Part shown: in pieces, positions 1 through 9,940 of the stretch
Position numbering within the stretch: position 1 is the first letter of the stretch
How the letters are laid out: the number at the start of each line of letters is the position of its first letter
Sequence record: OR352946.1
Length of the DNA stretch: 64,000 nt
Source of the DNA: Escherichia phage AV116
Strand: one strand, 5' to 3'
Translations under genes and position numbers: made by a program
Notes under the pieces: generated by a model
What the model saw: only the letters and a program-made list of their open reading frames with translations
The model's database searches: none
Told to the model about the DNA's origin: nothing

Positions 1-478
1 GCCTTCAGTTCTTTAAGGACTATTGGCAACTTGTTATTTTTTTCAAGGAGCCGCTTATACTCGGTAGCATCATTCATGTTGATTGTGTAATGTTTCATCA
101 ACAGTTTGATAACTAGTAACTCTGAAGTGTCTTCAACTAGTTTAGCCCATTTAGAGAATCGACGACCACGCGGAATTGCAGCCATCATATAGTTGAAGTG
201 CGCTTCATCACTTAATTCAGAACCGACTAAGTTCATCATGTAAACAGCTGGCATACATTCCGGGAACTGGGATAATGAGTTCTCAACCATAAATTTTGAG
301 TAGTCGACCTGAGCAATTGACGTAGATTTCTTTTCATTAATAGCATTAATGATTTTAAAGAATTCATTCTCAGGTTTTTCTTTAAACATGTCAGCACATT
401 TTTGAATCGCATCAGCGTCGTTAGACTTCCATGCAATTTGGTGCTCGTTAAGTTGGACGTCATCATCAAATAAGTTCA
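1..478 (-). CDS. 62: clamp loader small subunit gp62 (partial, C-terminus runs off window start)
   Basis: ATG at 478 overlaps the gp44 stop (ATGA junction); my hand translation begins [19 protein letters not shown]...FPECMPAVY, matching remembered T4 gp62; not in ORF track because it is truncated by the window edge. Confidence 0.8.
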
Positions 479-480
479 TA

Positions 481-1443
481 TTATTTCCAAGTCAGTTCGC
501 AGGTCAGTTGAAGAAGCATATACATAACATGTAATTCAATATTACTTGCTAATCCATGAAACTTATTGTTTTCGCCTGCAATTTCATAAAGCGAAATAAT
601 ACTTTTACCAGGTGCAACTTGGTCATAACATTCTGAAACTAATTTATCGATGAACCATGAATAATCTGCGGCATATTTTGGAGCTAATGCACGAAGTTGT
701 TTGATATCTTTATTTTTCATTGCTTCTATGACATCATCTACCGTGCCACGGTCATTAGTTACGATAGACAAAATACCCGCATCAAGAACACCTTTAGACG
801 AGTACTGGTCTAATTGACCAATTGTACGACGAAAGTCCGGGAAGTTCTTTTTAACCAGAGCTGCAACAACTTTCATATCAGCGATTTCGATATTTTCGTT
901 CTTACAGATTTCAACCATACGATGAATCATTTTCTTCATCATCGAGATTTTATCTTCTTCGGTTGGACGTCCGAATTCGATAACTCGACAACGACTACGT
1001 AACGGTTCGATAATTCCATCGATGTTGTTAGCAGTAATAATAATAGAACAGTTACTAGAGAATTCTTCCATAAACGTACGAAGGTGACGTTGTGATTCGG
1101 CGAGGCCACTACGGTCAAATTCATCGATAACGATAACTTTCGGCTTGCCTTCCATTGAGACTGAACGAGCGAATGCAGTTAATGGACCACGCACAAAATC
1201 AATCTTACAATCAGAACCGTTGACGAACATCATTTCGGCATTAATATCATTACATAATGCTTTTGCTACGGTTGTTTTACCTGTACCAGGAGAAGGAGAG
1301 TGTAAAATAATATGAGGAAGTTTTCCTTTAGATACTAAAGACTTGAATGTTTCATGGTCATACGCAGGCAGAATACATTCGTCAATGGAAGAAGGACGAT
1401 ATTTCTGTTCTAGAATGTGTTCTTTGGAATTGATAGTAATCAT
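481..1443 (-). CDS. 44: clamp loader ATPase subunit gp44
   Basis: 320 aa; Walker [11 protein letters not shown], Walker [12 protein letters not shown] motif; close to remembered T4 gp44. Confidence 0.95.
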   Translation of the reverse strand: MITINSKEHILEQKYRPSSIDECILPAYDHETFKSLVSKGKLPHIILHSPSPGTGKTTVAKALCNDINAEMMFVNGSDCKIDFVRGPLTAFARSVSMEGKPKVIVIDEFDRSGLAESQRHLRTFMEEFSSNCSIIITANNIDGIIEPLRSRCRVIEFGRPTEEDKISMMKKMIHRMVEICKNENIEIADMKVVAALVKKNFPDFRRTIGQLDQYSSKGVLDAGILSIVTNDRGTVDDVIEAMKNKDIKQLRALAPKYAADYSWFIDKLVSECYDQVAPGKSIISLYEIAGENNKFHGLASNIELHVMYMLLQLTCELTWK

Positions 1444-1518
1444 GTAATTTTCCTCATTATCATTAAACTGGAGGATTTCTCCTCCATAATCGTATCACAA
1501 TAAACGTAAAGCTTTGAC

Positions 1519-2205
1519 TTAGAAGTCGTGAGTAGAATCGGCTTCCATCGCAATAACATAACTTACTTGAGAGCTTTCAAACTTGGCTGCAACTTTATCA
1601 CCAGCTCCCCACAACATTACTTTATAGTTACCTGGCTGGATTTTCATATTAGCCATATTGATTACGAAGTTAAAGTTGTTAGAACCATCATAATCGGTAA
1701 GAGTCAAAGAATACTTAGGACGAGTTAGTCCTGAATCTTCAACTTTATTATAGCCATTGATAACAATTTTACCATCTTTATTTGTAATAGCAATTGTATC
1801 AATCTGAAGACCACGTGAAACTCGAAGCAATTGTTGAAGGTCTTCAGCTTTAATTTCAGTAATCACAGAAGCTACTGGGAATTGAATTGGCTTATTAGGA
1901 AAAACAATTGTGCTCTTGTCAGCGGCAGGCCAATAAACTGTGGAACGTGTATCTGCAATTTTAATATTGCCATCAGTGTGCATTGAAATTTCAGCATCAT
2001 CAGACACTAGACTCAAAATGCTTAAGAAGCTATTCAAATCATAAAGTGCTACGTCAAAATCAATTTCATCAGAGATATTTGCTTCCGCATAAGTGGTGCC
2101 ATTAACTGCACGAGTCATAATAAATTTACCTTGACTCAGCAGAATGCCAGAGTTAATAGAAGCGAAGTTTTTCAGAATATTTACGGTTTCACGGCTAAGT
2201 TTCAT
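1519..2205 (-). CDS. 45: sliding clamp gp45
   Basis: 228 aa, same length as T4 gp45; synteny 45-44-62. Confidence 0.9.
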   Translation of the reverse strand: MKLSRETVNILKNFASINSGILLSQGKFIMTRAVNGTTYAEANISDEIDFDVALYDLNSFLSILSLVSDDAEISMHTDGNIKIADTRSTVYWPAADKSTIVFPNKPIQFPVASVITEIKAEDLQQLLRVSRGLQIDTIAITNKDGKIVINGYNKVEDSGLTRPKYSLTLTDYDGSNNFNFVINMANMKIQPGNYKVMLWGAGDKVAAKFESSQVSYVIAMEADSTHDF

Positions 2206-3101
2206 TTAGGTTTCCTATTAGCATAATAATTTGTCCAAGTCCGGATAGCACCTTGGTATGATTCATCATTAAAACCATGCTGAATTGCATGTTTTCTAAA
2301 TGTAATATAACTTGGTTTTCCTAAAGCAATCCACAATTCCTTTAATTTTTGTTCATGAAATATCCATGTACCTCTAGCTTTAGATTTTCTGAATTTATCC
2401 TTAAATTCTTTGGTTGCATTTCTTTTCGAAGCTGCGATAGAGGCCTTTGCTCTATTTTCAGGTTTAGACCAATACAATGTTTTAGATATTTTTATTTTAT
2501 CTTTAACATTAGGAGAATTCATTATATCTTTAAATTTTAAAGCAAAATCTCTATCGTTAAACATTTTTTTAGAACGAATAGAAACTTTCTCTCTTCGTTC
2601 TTTGGTCCAATATGTTTTTTGAAATTCTCTAATTGCGTTTAAATGATTCTCCGACAATTTGCAATTTTTTCTAACACCGACGTAATCTTCGTTTATTTCG
2701 TTTTTAGAAAGTTTTACTATTTTGCCTGTTTTTAAATTTTTATACGGTGCATATCCTTTAGCTGATATTCTAGACTTCTCGTTAGCATAAGCCTTATTAA
2801 AATATTTTTCATTTGAAACGGCTTTAACATTGAGTTGGAATAGTCTTTCTATTCTTCTAGGGTCTAATGTGGTTTCGCCTAAAATTTTTACAGAATATTC
2901 GCCTTGGTCTATTAATCTGTTATATAAAGGAGAATACGAGGAATTAACACTACCGGTATATATTTTACCGGTAGAATCTTCAATAATATCCTTTCCATTA
3001 AAATGACACGAAACTTTAGAACCTATATAATAACACGGGTATTCATTTTTAATCTCACGATTATAAAAGGTTATAAGATATATTAAATTCATAATTATCA
3101 A
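2202..3101 (-). CDS. GIY-YIG-like homing endonuclease with NUMOD3-like DNA-binding repeats (Seg-like), paralog 1
   Basis: N-terminal LIYLITFYNR...YYIGSK (degenerate GIY..YIG); lysine-rich C-terminal half with repeated K-x-K-I-S-type motifs; paralogous to 6954..7757 and 14083..14904; inserted between 45 and rpbA. Confidence 0.55.
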   Translation of the reverse strand: MIIMNLIYLITFYNREIKNEYPCYYIGSKVSCHFNGKDIIEDSTGKIYTGSVNSSYSPLYNRLIDQGEYSVKILGETTLDPRRIERLFQLNVKAVSNEKYFNKAYANEKSRISAKGYAPYKNLKTGKIVKLSKNEINEDYVGVRKNCKLSENHLNAIREFQKTYWTKERREKVSIRSKKMFNDRDFALKFKDIMNSPNVKDKIKISKTLYWSKPENRAKASIAASKRNATKEFKDKFRKSKARGTWIFHEQKLKELWIALGKPSYITFRKHAIQHGFNDESYQGAIRTWTNYYANRKPK

Positions 3102-3514
3102 GCAACAACCATCTGCTTTTTAATAGCTTCAGGCAGTGATTCAATATATTCTGGAATTTTAGAAGCAACAATTTCGCCAGCTGCAATTAGTTGTTCGTCG
3201 GCATCAACACAGTAAAAATCTTCAAGGCGTTCAGAACCGTCTTTATCAAGAACGATTTTAGCACCTGCTTCGATAGAATCTTTATAGTGCTTACGCATCA
3301 AATGAATCCACATATCAGACACATCGTTATCAATAAAACCATAAATCATAAAACGAGTTTCTTGTGGCAAAGATTGGAGTTTTTTAGCACTTGCGTCATC
3401 ACAATGCAGGACCCATGCTTTACGAACACGATTATGGTTATGTGGGTTAGCGTCAGTACGGATAGAAGTAACTTTCAGATCAGCAGCAGTGAAACCTTTA
3501 GCAGTAGTAAACAT
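3098..3514 (-). CDS. rpbA: RNA polymerase-binding protein RpbA homolog (by position)
   Basis: 138 aa ORF directly downstream of gene 45 as in T4; sequence identity not verifiable from memory. Confidence 0.5.
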   Translation of the reverse strand: MFTTAKGFTAADLKVTSIRTDANPHNHNRVRKAWVLHCDDASAKKLQSLPQETRFMIYGFIDNDVSDMWIHLMRKHYKDSIEAGAKIVLDKDGSERLEDFYCVDADEQLIAAGEIVASKIPEYIESLPEAIKKQMVVA

Positions 3515-3526
3515 ATTATTTCTCTC

Positions 3527-3715
3527 TTATTCGTAGAAGTCGGTAACTGTCCATGCGGAATTGCGATTAGACATTATTTTATTATACTCATCTTTAAAAG
3601 CAGATTTGAGCATTTGTTCAGTAACAATATGTTCTTCACCTGAAAACGTATTGGTCAAAACATATTTTTTAATTTCAGGGACAACGAGAAGATGTTGTCC
3701 AGTTGAATACTCCAT
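3527..3715 (-). CDS. 45.2: hypothetical protein, 45.2-like
   Basis: 62 aa from internal ATG at 3715 (MEYSTGQ...); position between 46 and rpbA. Confidence 0.5.
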   Translation of the reverse strand: MEYSTGQHLLVVPEIKKYVLTNTFSGEEHIVTEQMLKSAFKDEYNKIMSNRNSAWTVTDFYE

Positions 3716-3730
3716 GTTGTTCTCCATTTA

Positions 3731-3761
3731 ACACGATGTGGTCATTATAACCACATCGTGT
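3731..3761 (-). promoter_or_regulatory. perfect 12-bp stem hairpin between gene 46 and 45.2
   Basis: ACACGATGTGGT-cattata-ACCACATCGTGT inverted repeat in the intergenic spacer. Confidence 0.5.
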
Positions 3762-3769
3762 TAAAGCGT

Positions 3770-5458
3770 TTATGAAACAGTCATTACCGTAAATCGTCCA
3801 ACTTTGCTCATTTGAAGATGTTGTCCATAAGCTTGTGGGTCATGGTCTCTGTGACTAATTATAAACACGTTTGCATCGGTTAGAGAGTTAAGAATTGTTG
3901 AAATAGCTTTAATACCTTCAGAATCAGTCGCGGAATCCATGACTTCGTCCATAATTAATGTATTGATTCTAACACCAGAGACCTTTTCAGCAATATCTCG
4001 CCATGTAAACAACAACGCGATATCGATACGTGCTTTTTCACCTTGACTAAATGAAGCATAACTGAACTCTTCACGACCACGTGATTTTATAGATTCATTG
4101 AATTCTTCGTCAATAGAAAACACGTAATCAGCTTCCATGATTTTAAGATAATGGTTAATCTGCTTGTTGAACAGAGGCACATATTTTTTAATGATAGCAC
4201 CTTTAATACCAGAATCTTTTAACATATCTGTGATAATACCACGATGGTATTTTTCAAGAACGATATCCGATTTTGTTTTAATGATTTTATCAAGTTCTTT
4301 TTGAAGCAAAGCTATCTCATCGGCATGGTCGATAAATTCCGCTGAGGCTTGTTCTATTGCAGCTTTAACTTTCTTAGCTTTATCAATAGTGGCAATCATT
4401 GCTTGTTTCTTGGTACGAATATCAGATGCAAGGTCCTGTTTAGTCTTAACATTAGCTCTATATTCGTCCACTAGGACACTCAGATTATCTCTGTGGCAGG
4501 TAAGTTGCTCGAATGAGTGATTACATTCATGAAGCTTATCGGTAATCTTAGAGACAATAGGATCACCCTGGTGCAACTGTGATGCGCAAGTAGGACATGT
4601 ACCGCCATCATGATACATCTTAATAACTTTGTTGTATGAGTCAATTTTAGATTTAATCAAGAATGCTTCTTGTCCTATCTTGTTGAATGCCTCAGTAGGG
4701 TCTTCATCAAGAACGATATTAAGTAGTCGCTCATTAGCTTCTTCGATTTCTGCTTTTAATGAACGAGCTTCTTTAGCTAGGTCGTCATACATATTCTGTA
4801 GACGCGCTACATTATCACCAGATAATTTCTTTTGACGTTCGATATTCTCGTTATAAATCTTAATTTGTTGGATAACACCATCTTTCTTGGCATCGAGAAC
4901 TTGTCCCTGGGAATTAAGTTCTCGAACTTGAGACTTATTGATTTTATCCATTTCAGCGAGTGTGCCGACTTCTAAAAGGTCTTCGACAAGTTTTCTACGA
5001 GCAGGGGTGCTAAGAGCCATGAAAGGGGTATACCCTGCCGTCCCAAGCACAACGATCTGTTTAAAAGACGCGTATGACATTCCGATGCTACGTTCAAATT
5101 CTTCTTGGAAGTCACGACTGCTGGCAGATTCATCAAGACGAACACCGTCAACGGAGATTTCGAAAATATTGGGCTTTTGGCCACGTTTAATGAAGTATTT
5201 TTTATCATCGAATTCCATCCAAAGCTCAACTAAGAGCTCTTTCTTGTTCGTGCTATTAATGATTTGTCCTTTCTTAACATCACGAAATGGTTTACCGAAA
5301 AGTCCGAAAGTAATGGCTTCTAACATCGTAGATTTACCACCGCCATTTTTACCAGTGATTAATGTCTTTTGAACTTTATCTAATTGGATATCAATAGGAT
5401 TCCCACCTACCGACATGATGTTTTGATAACGAACACGATTTAATTTAAATGATTTCAT
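3770..5458 (-). CDS. 46: recombination endonuclease subunit gp46 (SbcC/Rad50-like ATPase)
   Basis: 562 aa; Walker A GKNGGGKST near N-terminus, CxxC zinc hook (CPTCAS), C-terminal D-loop; length matches T4 gp46. Confidence 0.9.
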   Translation of the reverse strand: MKSFKLNRVRYQNIMSVGGNPIDIQLDKVQKTLITGKNGGGKSTMLEAITFGLFGKPFRDVKKGQIINSTNKKELLVELWMEFDDKKYFIKRGQKPNIFEISVDGVRLDESASSRDFQEEFERSIGMSYASFKQIVVLGTAGYTPFMALSTPARRKLVEDLLEVGTLAEMDKINKSQVRELNSQGQVLDAKKDGVIQQIKIYNENIERQKKLSGDNVARLQNMYDDLAKEARSLKAEIEEANERLLNIVLDEDPTEAFNKIGQEAFLIKSKIDSYNKVIKMYHDGGTCPTCASQLHQGDPIVSKITDKLHECNHSFEQLTCHRDNLSVLVDEYRANVKTKQDLASDIRTKKQAMIATIDKAKKVKAAIEQASAEFIDHADEIALLQKELDKIIKTKSDIVLEKYHRGIITDMLKDSGIKGAIIKKYVPLFNKQINHYLKIMEADYVFSIDEEFNESIKSRGREEFSYASFSQGEKARIDIALLFTWRDIAEKVSGVRINTLIMDEVMDSATDSEGIKAISTILNSLTDANVFIISHRDHDPQAYGQHLQMSKVGRFTVMTVS

Positions 5459-5703
5459 ATGTATTCTCTTCGAATGAAGTCCTCTACATATTTTAACATG
5501 TCATCCCTATCAGCAAAATATTCATCTAGTTCTGCATACATAACAACACCTGGTGCATACTCACAGGTAACATACATTGTTCCAAAGAAACGAGGAGTTG
5601 ATTCCTCGTAATTCTCAGTCCATTCAACGATACCAATATAACCGTCACCAATACTAAATTCATGACGATGGATTTCATAATCAGTCTTCGTCATTATACG
5701 CAT
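5455..5703 (-). CDS. hypothetical protein (46.1-like)
   Basis: ATGA overlap with gp46 start; ATG at 5703 (track start at 5709 is TTG). Confidence 0.45.
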   Translation of the reverse strand: MRIMTKTDYEIHRHEFSIGDGYIGIVEWTENYEESTPRFFGTMYVTCEYAPGVVMYAELDEYFADRDDMLKYVEDFIRREYI

Positions 5704-5938
5704 CCTCAATACACGCTTCAGCCATTTTAAGAATAGAGCCAGGAGTATCGTTGTCCATTATATTAAAGCTAAATTCAATAGCCCAGTCGGTGCAGACATG
5801 AACTGCTTTAACTTCATTGCCTTCAACGCGTAATGGCTCAATCCAATACTTGATAGTGTTCTCGAATCCATCGTCATCTTTAACGTCCATTTCAACTTCA
5901 AGCCTGAGTCCAGCATTGTTAAATTCATCTAAAGTCAT
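5681..5938 (-). CDS. hypothetical acidic protein (46.2-like)
   Basis: 85 aa; ATGA overlap with gp47 stop. Confidence 0.45.
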   Translation of the reverse strand: MTLDEFNNAGLRLEVEMDVKDDDGFENTIKYWIEPLRVEGNEVKAVHVCTDWAIEFSFNIMDNDTPGSILKMAEACIEDAYNDED

Positions 5939-6954
5939 TGTGTTGCCTCAATATAAAGTTCGTTGGAATATTTGACCAGCGCTTCTCTGTCTTCATCTGA
6001 GATATCTGGAATCGCGTCAATATATTCTTTAATGATATCTTGAAGTGATTTAATCTCGATTTCCTGGTCGTCATCAGATTCAACACTGTTATCAACTTTA
6101 GAAACCATACGAAGAGAGTGAACTACTTTTTCAAGTTCAGATTCAAACTTAGTCAACTCTGAATCAATTTCTGATACTATAACACGTACGGCTAGATTAG
6201 TATAATCAGAATAATTGATTTTGCCTTTAAATGGATAAGTGATTCGTCGATGCCATGTTGTTTCATTAGGAATAAATTCCATACGTTCAACATCAGTGTC
6301 AAATACCCAGAATCCGCGCGGGTCGTTCTCATCACCTGCAGTAAGGGTCCATGGTGTCCCAATATATTTGACGTTAGCAGCTTCAGAGATTGTGTGGAAG
6401 TGGCCGGACCAGACTTGTTTATAGGTCTTTAAGAAATCAGGTTCAAGCCCATGAGACTTCATTCCTTTATAGAAATAGAAGCCATTTAATTCCCAGTGCC
6501 CAACACAATACGCTGCAGAAGAAGTCTTGATGTGCTCTAAGATTTCACCTGTATTTTCTTCACACATCCATGGAATCAAATCAATCAAGCACCCATCAAA
6601 ATCTACTGTAGTTGGCTTATCATAAATTATTACGTTTTTACGATGGCTCAATAATTCTTGAACAGTGTTAGGATATAAGGTTGTTTTATAAAAGAGATCA
6701 TGATTCCCAAGTATTGTATGGACTGTTATACCAGCGGCTTCCACCAAATCAAACATTTCACGCGTGAATTCCATACAACGTTGTGTGGTGTGGGCTCTGA
6801 CATCAAATGTATCACCATATTGAATCCATGTTGTTATTCCATTTGCGACGGAATAGTCGATCATTTGTCTGAAACCGTCACGTTGTATAGCTTGAATCCA
6901 ATCGTCGTCTTTTTTGACGCCTAGATGCAAATCGCCTATATTAAGTATTTTCAT
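5935..6954 (-). CDS. 47: recombination endonuclease subunit gp47 (Mre11/SbcD-like phosphoesterase)
   Basis: 339 aa from ATG at 6954; phosphoesterase motifs GDLHLG, GNHD, GHxH. Confidence 0.9.
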   Translation of the reverse strand: MKILNIGDLHLGVKKDDDWIQAIQRDGFRQMIDYSVANGITTWIQYGDTFDVRAHTTQRCMEFTREMFDLVEAAGITVHTILGNHDLFYKTTLYPNTVQELLSHRKNVIIYDKPTTVDFDGCLIDLIPWMCEENTGEILEHIKTSSAAYCVGHWELNGFYFYKGMKSHGLEPDFLKTYKQVWSGHFHTISEAANVKYIGTPWTLTAGDENDPRGFWVFDTDVERMEFIPNETTWHRRITYPFKGKINYSDYTNLAVRVIVSEIDSELTKFESELEKVVHSLRMVSKVDNSVESDDDQEIEIKSLQDIIKEYIDAIPDISDEDREALVKYSNELYIEATQ

Positions 6955-7757
6955 CACATACCTTTAAATTTGGAGTAAATTATATTGTGGTACGATATAT
7001 CAGGAAACCCTTTATCGACCGCAATTTTTCTAAACTTATTAGGACTTATTTTACCACACTCCATCCATAATGCAAACAACTCGTCAAAATGCTCATATGC
7101 TGGACCTCGACGAGCTTTTGACACAGCAGCACTTATGCGAGCCTTTTTCTCAGAATCAAGGTTTTTAAGAGAATTACTTATTTTATTTTTTTGCTCTTCT
7201 GAATTGAAGGTGCCTTTTTCCCAGCCTAAAGGTTGGCTTCCTTCATGGAACATTTTTCTTGAAGTTCCATTGGTATACCATATTTTACCTTTATTGTGCC
7301 CTGATGCTTTATATTTTGGTGAGCGTCCTTTTATAAATCCTTCAGGTATAGTAGGAGCAAATGTTTGTTCAAGGGTTTCTGGGTTATACGAATGTATGTT
7401 ATTTTTGGCGTTATGAGACCCATATAATGGGTGATTTTTACCAGAAACATCACGCCCAAAGAAACCAGTTGGTGATGCCAAAGACATATTCATATACAAA
7501 GGATTTTTATGAGCTTGAACTCTAATTTGATAGTCCTTTTCCACCTTTAAAGCTTCTTCTCGTGTTGGATGTTCGCTCAAAATACAAGAATCAAACAACG
7601 TAGGATTTTCTAAAAGTTCTTTGTTATAAATTTTACGATAGGCTTTAGATAGAATAGTACCATGATACCCGTTTAAATGTTTTTCTAAGCTAGTCGAACC
7701 TATGTAAAAAGGTGGTAGCTTATCTCCAGAATAAATTGTCAAATAGACTATAAACAT
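6954..7757 (-). CDS. GIY-YIG homing endonuclease-like protein with NUMOD3-like repeats, paralog 2
   Basis: Start at ATG 7757 with AAGGAG SD; FIVYLTIY...FYIGST, conserved Glu/Asn region (SCILSEHPTREEALKVEKDY...HKNPLYMN) resembling I-TevI catalytic domain; GKNHPLYGSHNAKN and K-x-K-I-S repeats. Confidence 0.6.
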   Translation of the reverse strand: MFIVYLTIYSGDKLPPFYIGSTSLEKHLNGYHGTILSKAYRKIYNKELLENPTLFDSCILSEHPTREEALKVEKDYQIRVQAHKNPLYMNMSLASPTGFFGRDVSGKNHPLYGSHNAKNNIHSYNPETLEQTFAPTIPEGFIKGRSPKYKASGHNKGKIWYTNGTSRKMFHEGSQPLGWEKGTFNSEEQKNKISNSLKNLDSEKKARISAAVSKARRGPAYEHFDELFALWMECGKISPNKFRKIAVDKGFPDISYHNIIYSKFKGM

Positions 7758-7781
7758 ATATTTCTCCTTTGATTTAAGGAG

Positions 7782-7811
7782 ATTATAACACGCCTTTAAT
7801 GAAGCGTAAAC
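7782..7811 (-). promoter_or_regulatory. T4-type early promoter-like element (GTTTAC-N18-TATAAT) upstream of GIY-YIG gene
   Basis: minus-strand reading TTGTTTACGCTTCATTAAAGGCGTGTTATAAT. Confidence 0.45.
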
Positions 7812-7835
7812 AAAAAAAGGAAGCACTAGGCTTCC
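7811..7835 (-). terminator. rho-independent terminator-like hairpin
   Basis: GGAAGC-loop-GCTTCC stem followed by U-run on minus-strand RNA. Confidence 0.5.
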
Positions 7836-7902
7836 TTTTGATATCGCCTAAGGCTTATAGGTCCTTAGAAATCTGGATGTTCATCTTCAACAAAGCTAGT
7901 AT

Positions 7903-8118
7903 TCATCGCTGCCACCATTTTTTAAGTTGATGTGAATCTACCCATACCTTCGCTACAGGCTCAATATTAAAAATACCATCGGACGTACGTCCAATCATTT
8001 TGTATTCGGTTTCAGATTGCTTGATACAAATATCACCATAAGAGCGAAGTCTAAAAGCGGCTCCTACTAGAAGCCGTTTAAACTTTGTTTGAACTAGCGC
8101 CATTAATGATGTCCTCAA
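7903..8118 (-). CDS. hypothetical protein
   Basis: 71 aa ORF, co-oriented; start uncertain. Confidence 0.35.
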   Translation of the reverse strand: MRTSLMALVQTKFKRLLVGAAFRLRSYGDICIKQSETEYKMIGRTSDGIFNIEPVAKVWVDSHQLKKWWQR

Positions 8119-8401
8119 TAGCCTGACGAGTAGTAACCCACTGGATTTTAATTAACTTGTCATTATATGGTTGTCTTAGAATATCCCGAGATTTCTTAAT
8201 AGCATATTCGTAAGCTTCGAAGTTGTTTTGAATTGCTGCTTCTTGAGCATGAGCATAAAGACGGTTTAGTTCAAAACGATTCTTTTTAAGAATCTTTTCG
8301 GATTTTTTACGTGCTTCAGCTTCATTTTTCTTTTGGATTTCTTGTAGCATTTTAGCTACTGCATCTTCTGCTTCTTTATTTTCAATAATCTCGGTAGTCA
8401 T
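8078..8401 (-). CDS. hypothetical protein
   Basis: 107 aa co-oriented ORF. Confidence 0.45.
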   Translation of the reverse strand: MTTEIIENKEAEDAVAKMLQEIQKKNEAEARKKSEKILKKNRFELNRLYAHAQEAAIQNNFEAYEYAIKKSRDILRQPYNDKLIKIQWVTTRQAIEDIINGASSNKV

Positions 8402-8402
8402 A

Positions 8403-8612
8403 TTATCTCATTAAATTAAAATAAAAACGTCCGTCCTCTTCAATACAGAACTCATACTCAACCGGAGTCCCATTTATCGAAAATAACACGTCATGTGGGT
8501 TCAAAGGGTCGATGTCAAAATTAATTTTAAATTCACGACCCAACAGTTTTACCAAATAAGGGATTGCTTCGTCAAAAGGTTCTTCTAAGTAGTTAGAGAT
8601 GTCAATTGTCAT
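8403..8612 (-). CDS. hypothetical protein
   Basis: ORF downstream of gene 55; ATG at 8612 or 8618 overlapping the gp55 stop. Confidence 0.4.
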   Translation of the reverse strand: MTIDISNYLEEPFDEAIPYLVKLLGREFKINFDIDPLNPHDVLFSINGTPVEYEFCIEEDGRFYFNLMR

Positions 8613-9177
8613 CCTCATATAAAAAATCCAAACTAGGCGAATCGCTAACAACTTCCTTCTTTTCAGCCCCAGGAGCTTTATAAGCGGATTCTTCATAATG
8701 CGTCATTTTATCGTAGATGTCTTGAATAAACGTTTCATCTACCAACGCTACCATATCATCGTCATGACTGTCGTAGACATTATGAACGAAGTAACTATAT
8801 TTCTTTGCAACTTCCTTACGTTCTTTTTTGATACGTTGGACAAAAGCATTAAAACAAGCTCGAGTTATGTATGCATGTGGGTTATTGTACTTAGTTTCGT
8901 CGAAATTATGAAGTCCCTTAATAGAGGCTTCAATCCCATCTGCAATCATCTCCTGCTTCCAAGACTGGGTATATCCTGAAAAGTTGAAACGTTTGGACAG
9001 GCCTTCGGCGATAAGCATAATTGCTAAACCGATGGTATCATTCTGACGAATAATTTTGTTTGGGTCTTTATTATTTAAGAGCTCCTTTTTCCACTCGATT
9101 ATAGCGGCGAGAAGCTCTTTATTATTCACATAGTTATTTTTAGGTTTTTGTTCAGTCATAAGTACCTCTTGGCTCAA
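8602..9177 (-). CDS. 55: late-transcription sigma factor gp55
   Basis: 191 aa; near-identical over long stretches to remembered T4 gp55 ([52 protein letters not shown]). Confidence 0.95.
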   Translation of the reverse strand: MSQEVLMTEQKPKNNYVNNKELLAAIIEWKKELLNNKDPNKIIRQNDTIGLAIMLIAEGLSKRFNFSGYTQSWKQEMIADGIEASIKGLHNFDETKYNNPHAYITRACFNAFVQRIKKERKEVAKKYSYFVHNVYDSHDDDMVALVDETFIQDIYDKMTHYEESAYKAPGAEKKEVVSDSPSLDFLYEDDN

Positions 9178-9314
9178 TTCATAGGTCTATTATATCATAA
9201 TATTTAGAGACCTATCTTAAAGCACGAGATACTATAAAAGATACATAACTTTTATAAAGTTGTCGACTTAAAATTCACCAATCTTTTCTTCAGTTATACT
9301 GATTCGAGTTAATT

Positions 9315-9542
9315 TCATTCTAGTTCCTTTGCTGCTTCAAGAGCAGCATCCAGCGAATCAAATTGGTCAACGAAATCAATATTTAACGCATCGTCAACCG
9401 TAGCATATAACCACCATTGTTTGAATTCGTATTCAAGAATAAATCCAGGACCTTCAATCTGAGGAAGACCTAGGCTATTTGTACCAACTTCGTAACCAGC
9501 TAGACGCAGGTCATTAATCAAAGTTTCTGTTAATACGCTCAT
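9315..9542 (-). CDS. hypothetical acidic protein
   Basis: 75 aa co-oriented ORF. Confidence 0.45.
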   Translation of the reverse strand: MSVLTETLINDLRLAGYEVGTNSLGLPQIEGPGFILEYEFKQWWLYATVDDALNIDFVDQFDSLDAALEAAKELE

Positions 9543-9871
9543 TTTACCGCCTTAACAATTTTCAGGTCAACGAATTTTTTCTTACGTTGATTTTTCATAC
9601 GACGGATAGTCTTTTCAGAGATTTCATGTTTCTGATAAGCTTTAGATTCGACACCAAATGCAGCAACGTCAAATTCAGAAAGAATGTATTGCACTAGAAT
9701 TTCACGAATAGAGTTACGTCCAATTTTCTGCTCATGTTTTTGCATGATTTCATAGAGACGATATTCCCAGGCGTCAAGAACTTGAGGAGTAACAATATTG
9801 CCGGATTCCAGAAGAGCAACAACTTTATCGAAAGCGAAAGAATTAACTACGTTTTTGATTTTAGTAGACAT
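9539..9871 (-). CDS. hypothetical protein
   Basis: ATG at 9871 (MSTKIKN...) with GAGGAAA SD; early promoter module immediately upstream. Confidence 0.5.
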   Translation of the reverse strand: MSTKIKNVVNSFAFDKVVALLESGNIVTPQVLDAWEYRLYEIMQKHEQKIGRNSIREILVQYILSEFDVAAFGVESKAYQKHEISEKTIRRMKNQRKKKFVDLKIVKAVK

Positions 9872-9890
9872 ATTATTTTCCTCGGTTATT

Positions 9891-9938
9891 TTATTATCCA
9901 ATGAGAGCATTATACTCTGCTCTCAAGAGTTTGTAAAT
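9891..9938 (-). repeat. 48-nt exact repeat copy A (early promoter module)
   Basis: ttattatccaatgagagcattatactctgctctcaagagtttgtaaat; identical copy at 37698..37745; contains TTTACA-N17-TATAAT on minus strand. Confidence 0.85.
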
Positions 9939-9940
9939 CG

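Noticed and set aside
236-469. 77-aa minus-strand ORF from the track inside the gene 62 region
   Set aside because: Wrong frame; hand translation of the frame starting at ATG 478 gives a gp62-like protein, so this ORF is an overlapping-frame artefact.
3191-3643. 150-aa plus-strand ORF antisense to rpbA/45.2
   Set aside because: Antisense to well-supported minus-strand genes in a uniformly minus-strand block; no SD; low-complexity hydrophobic translation.
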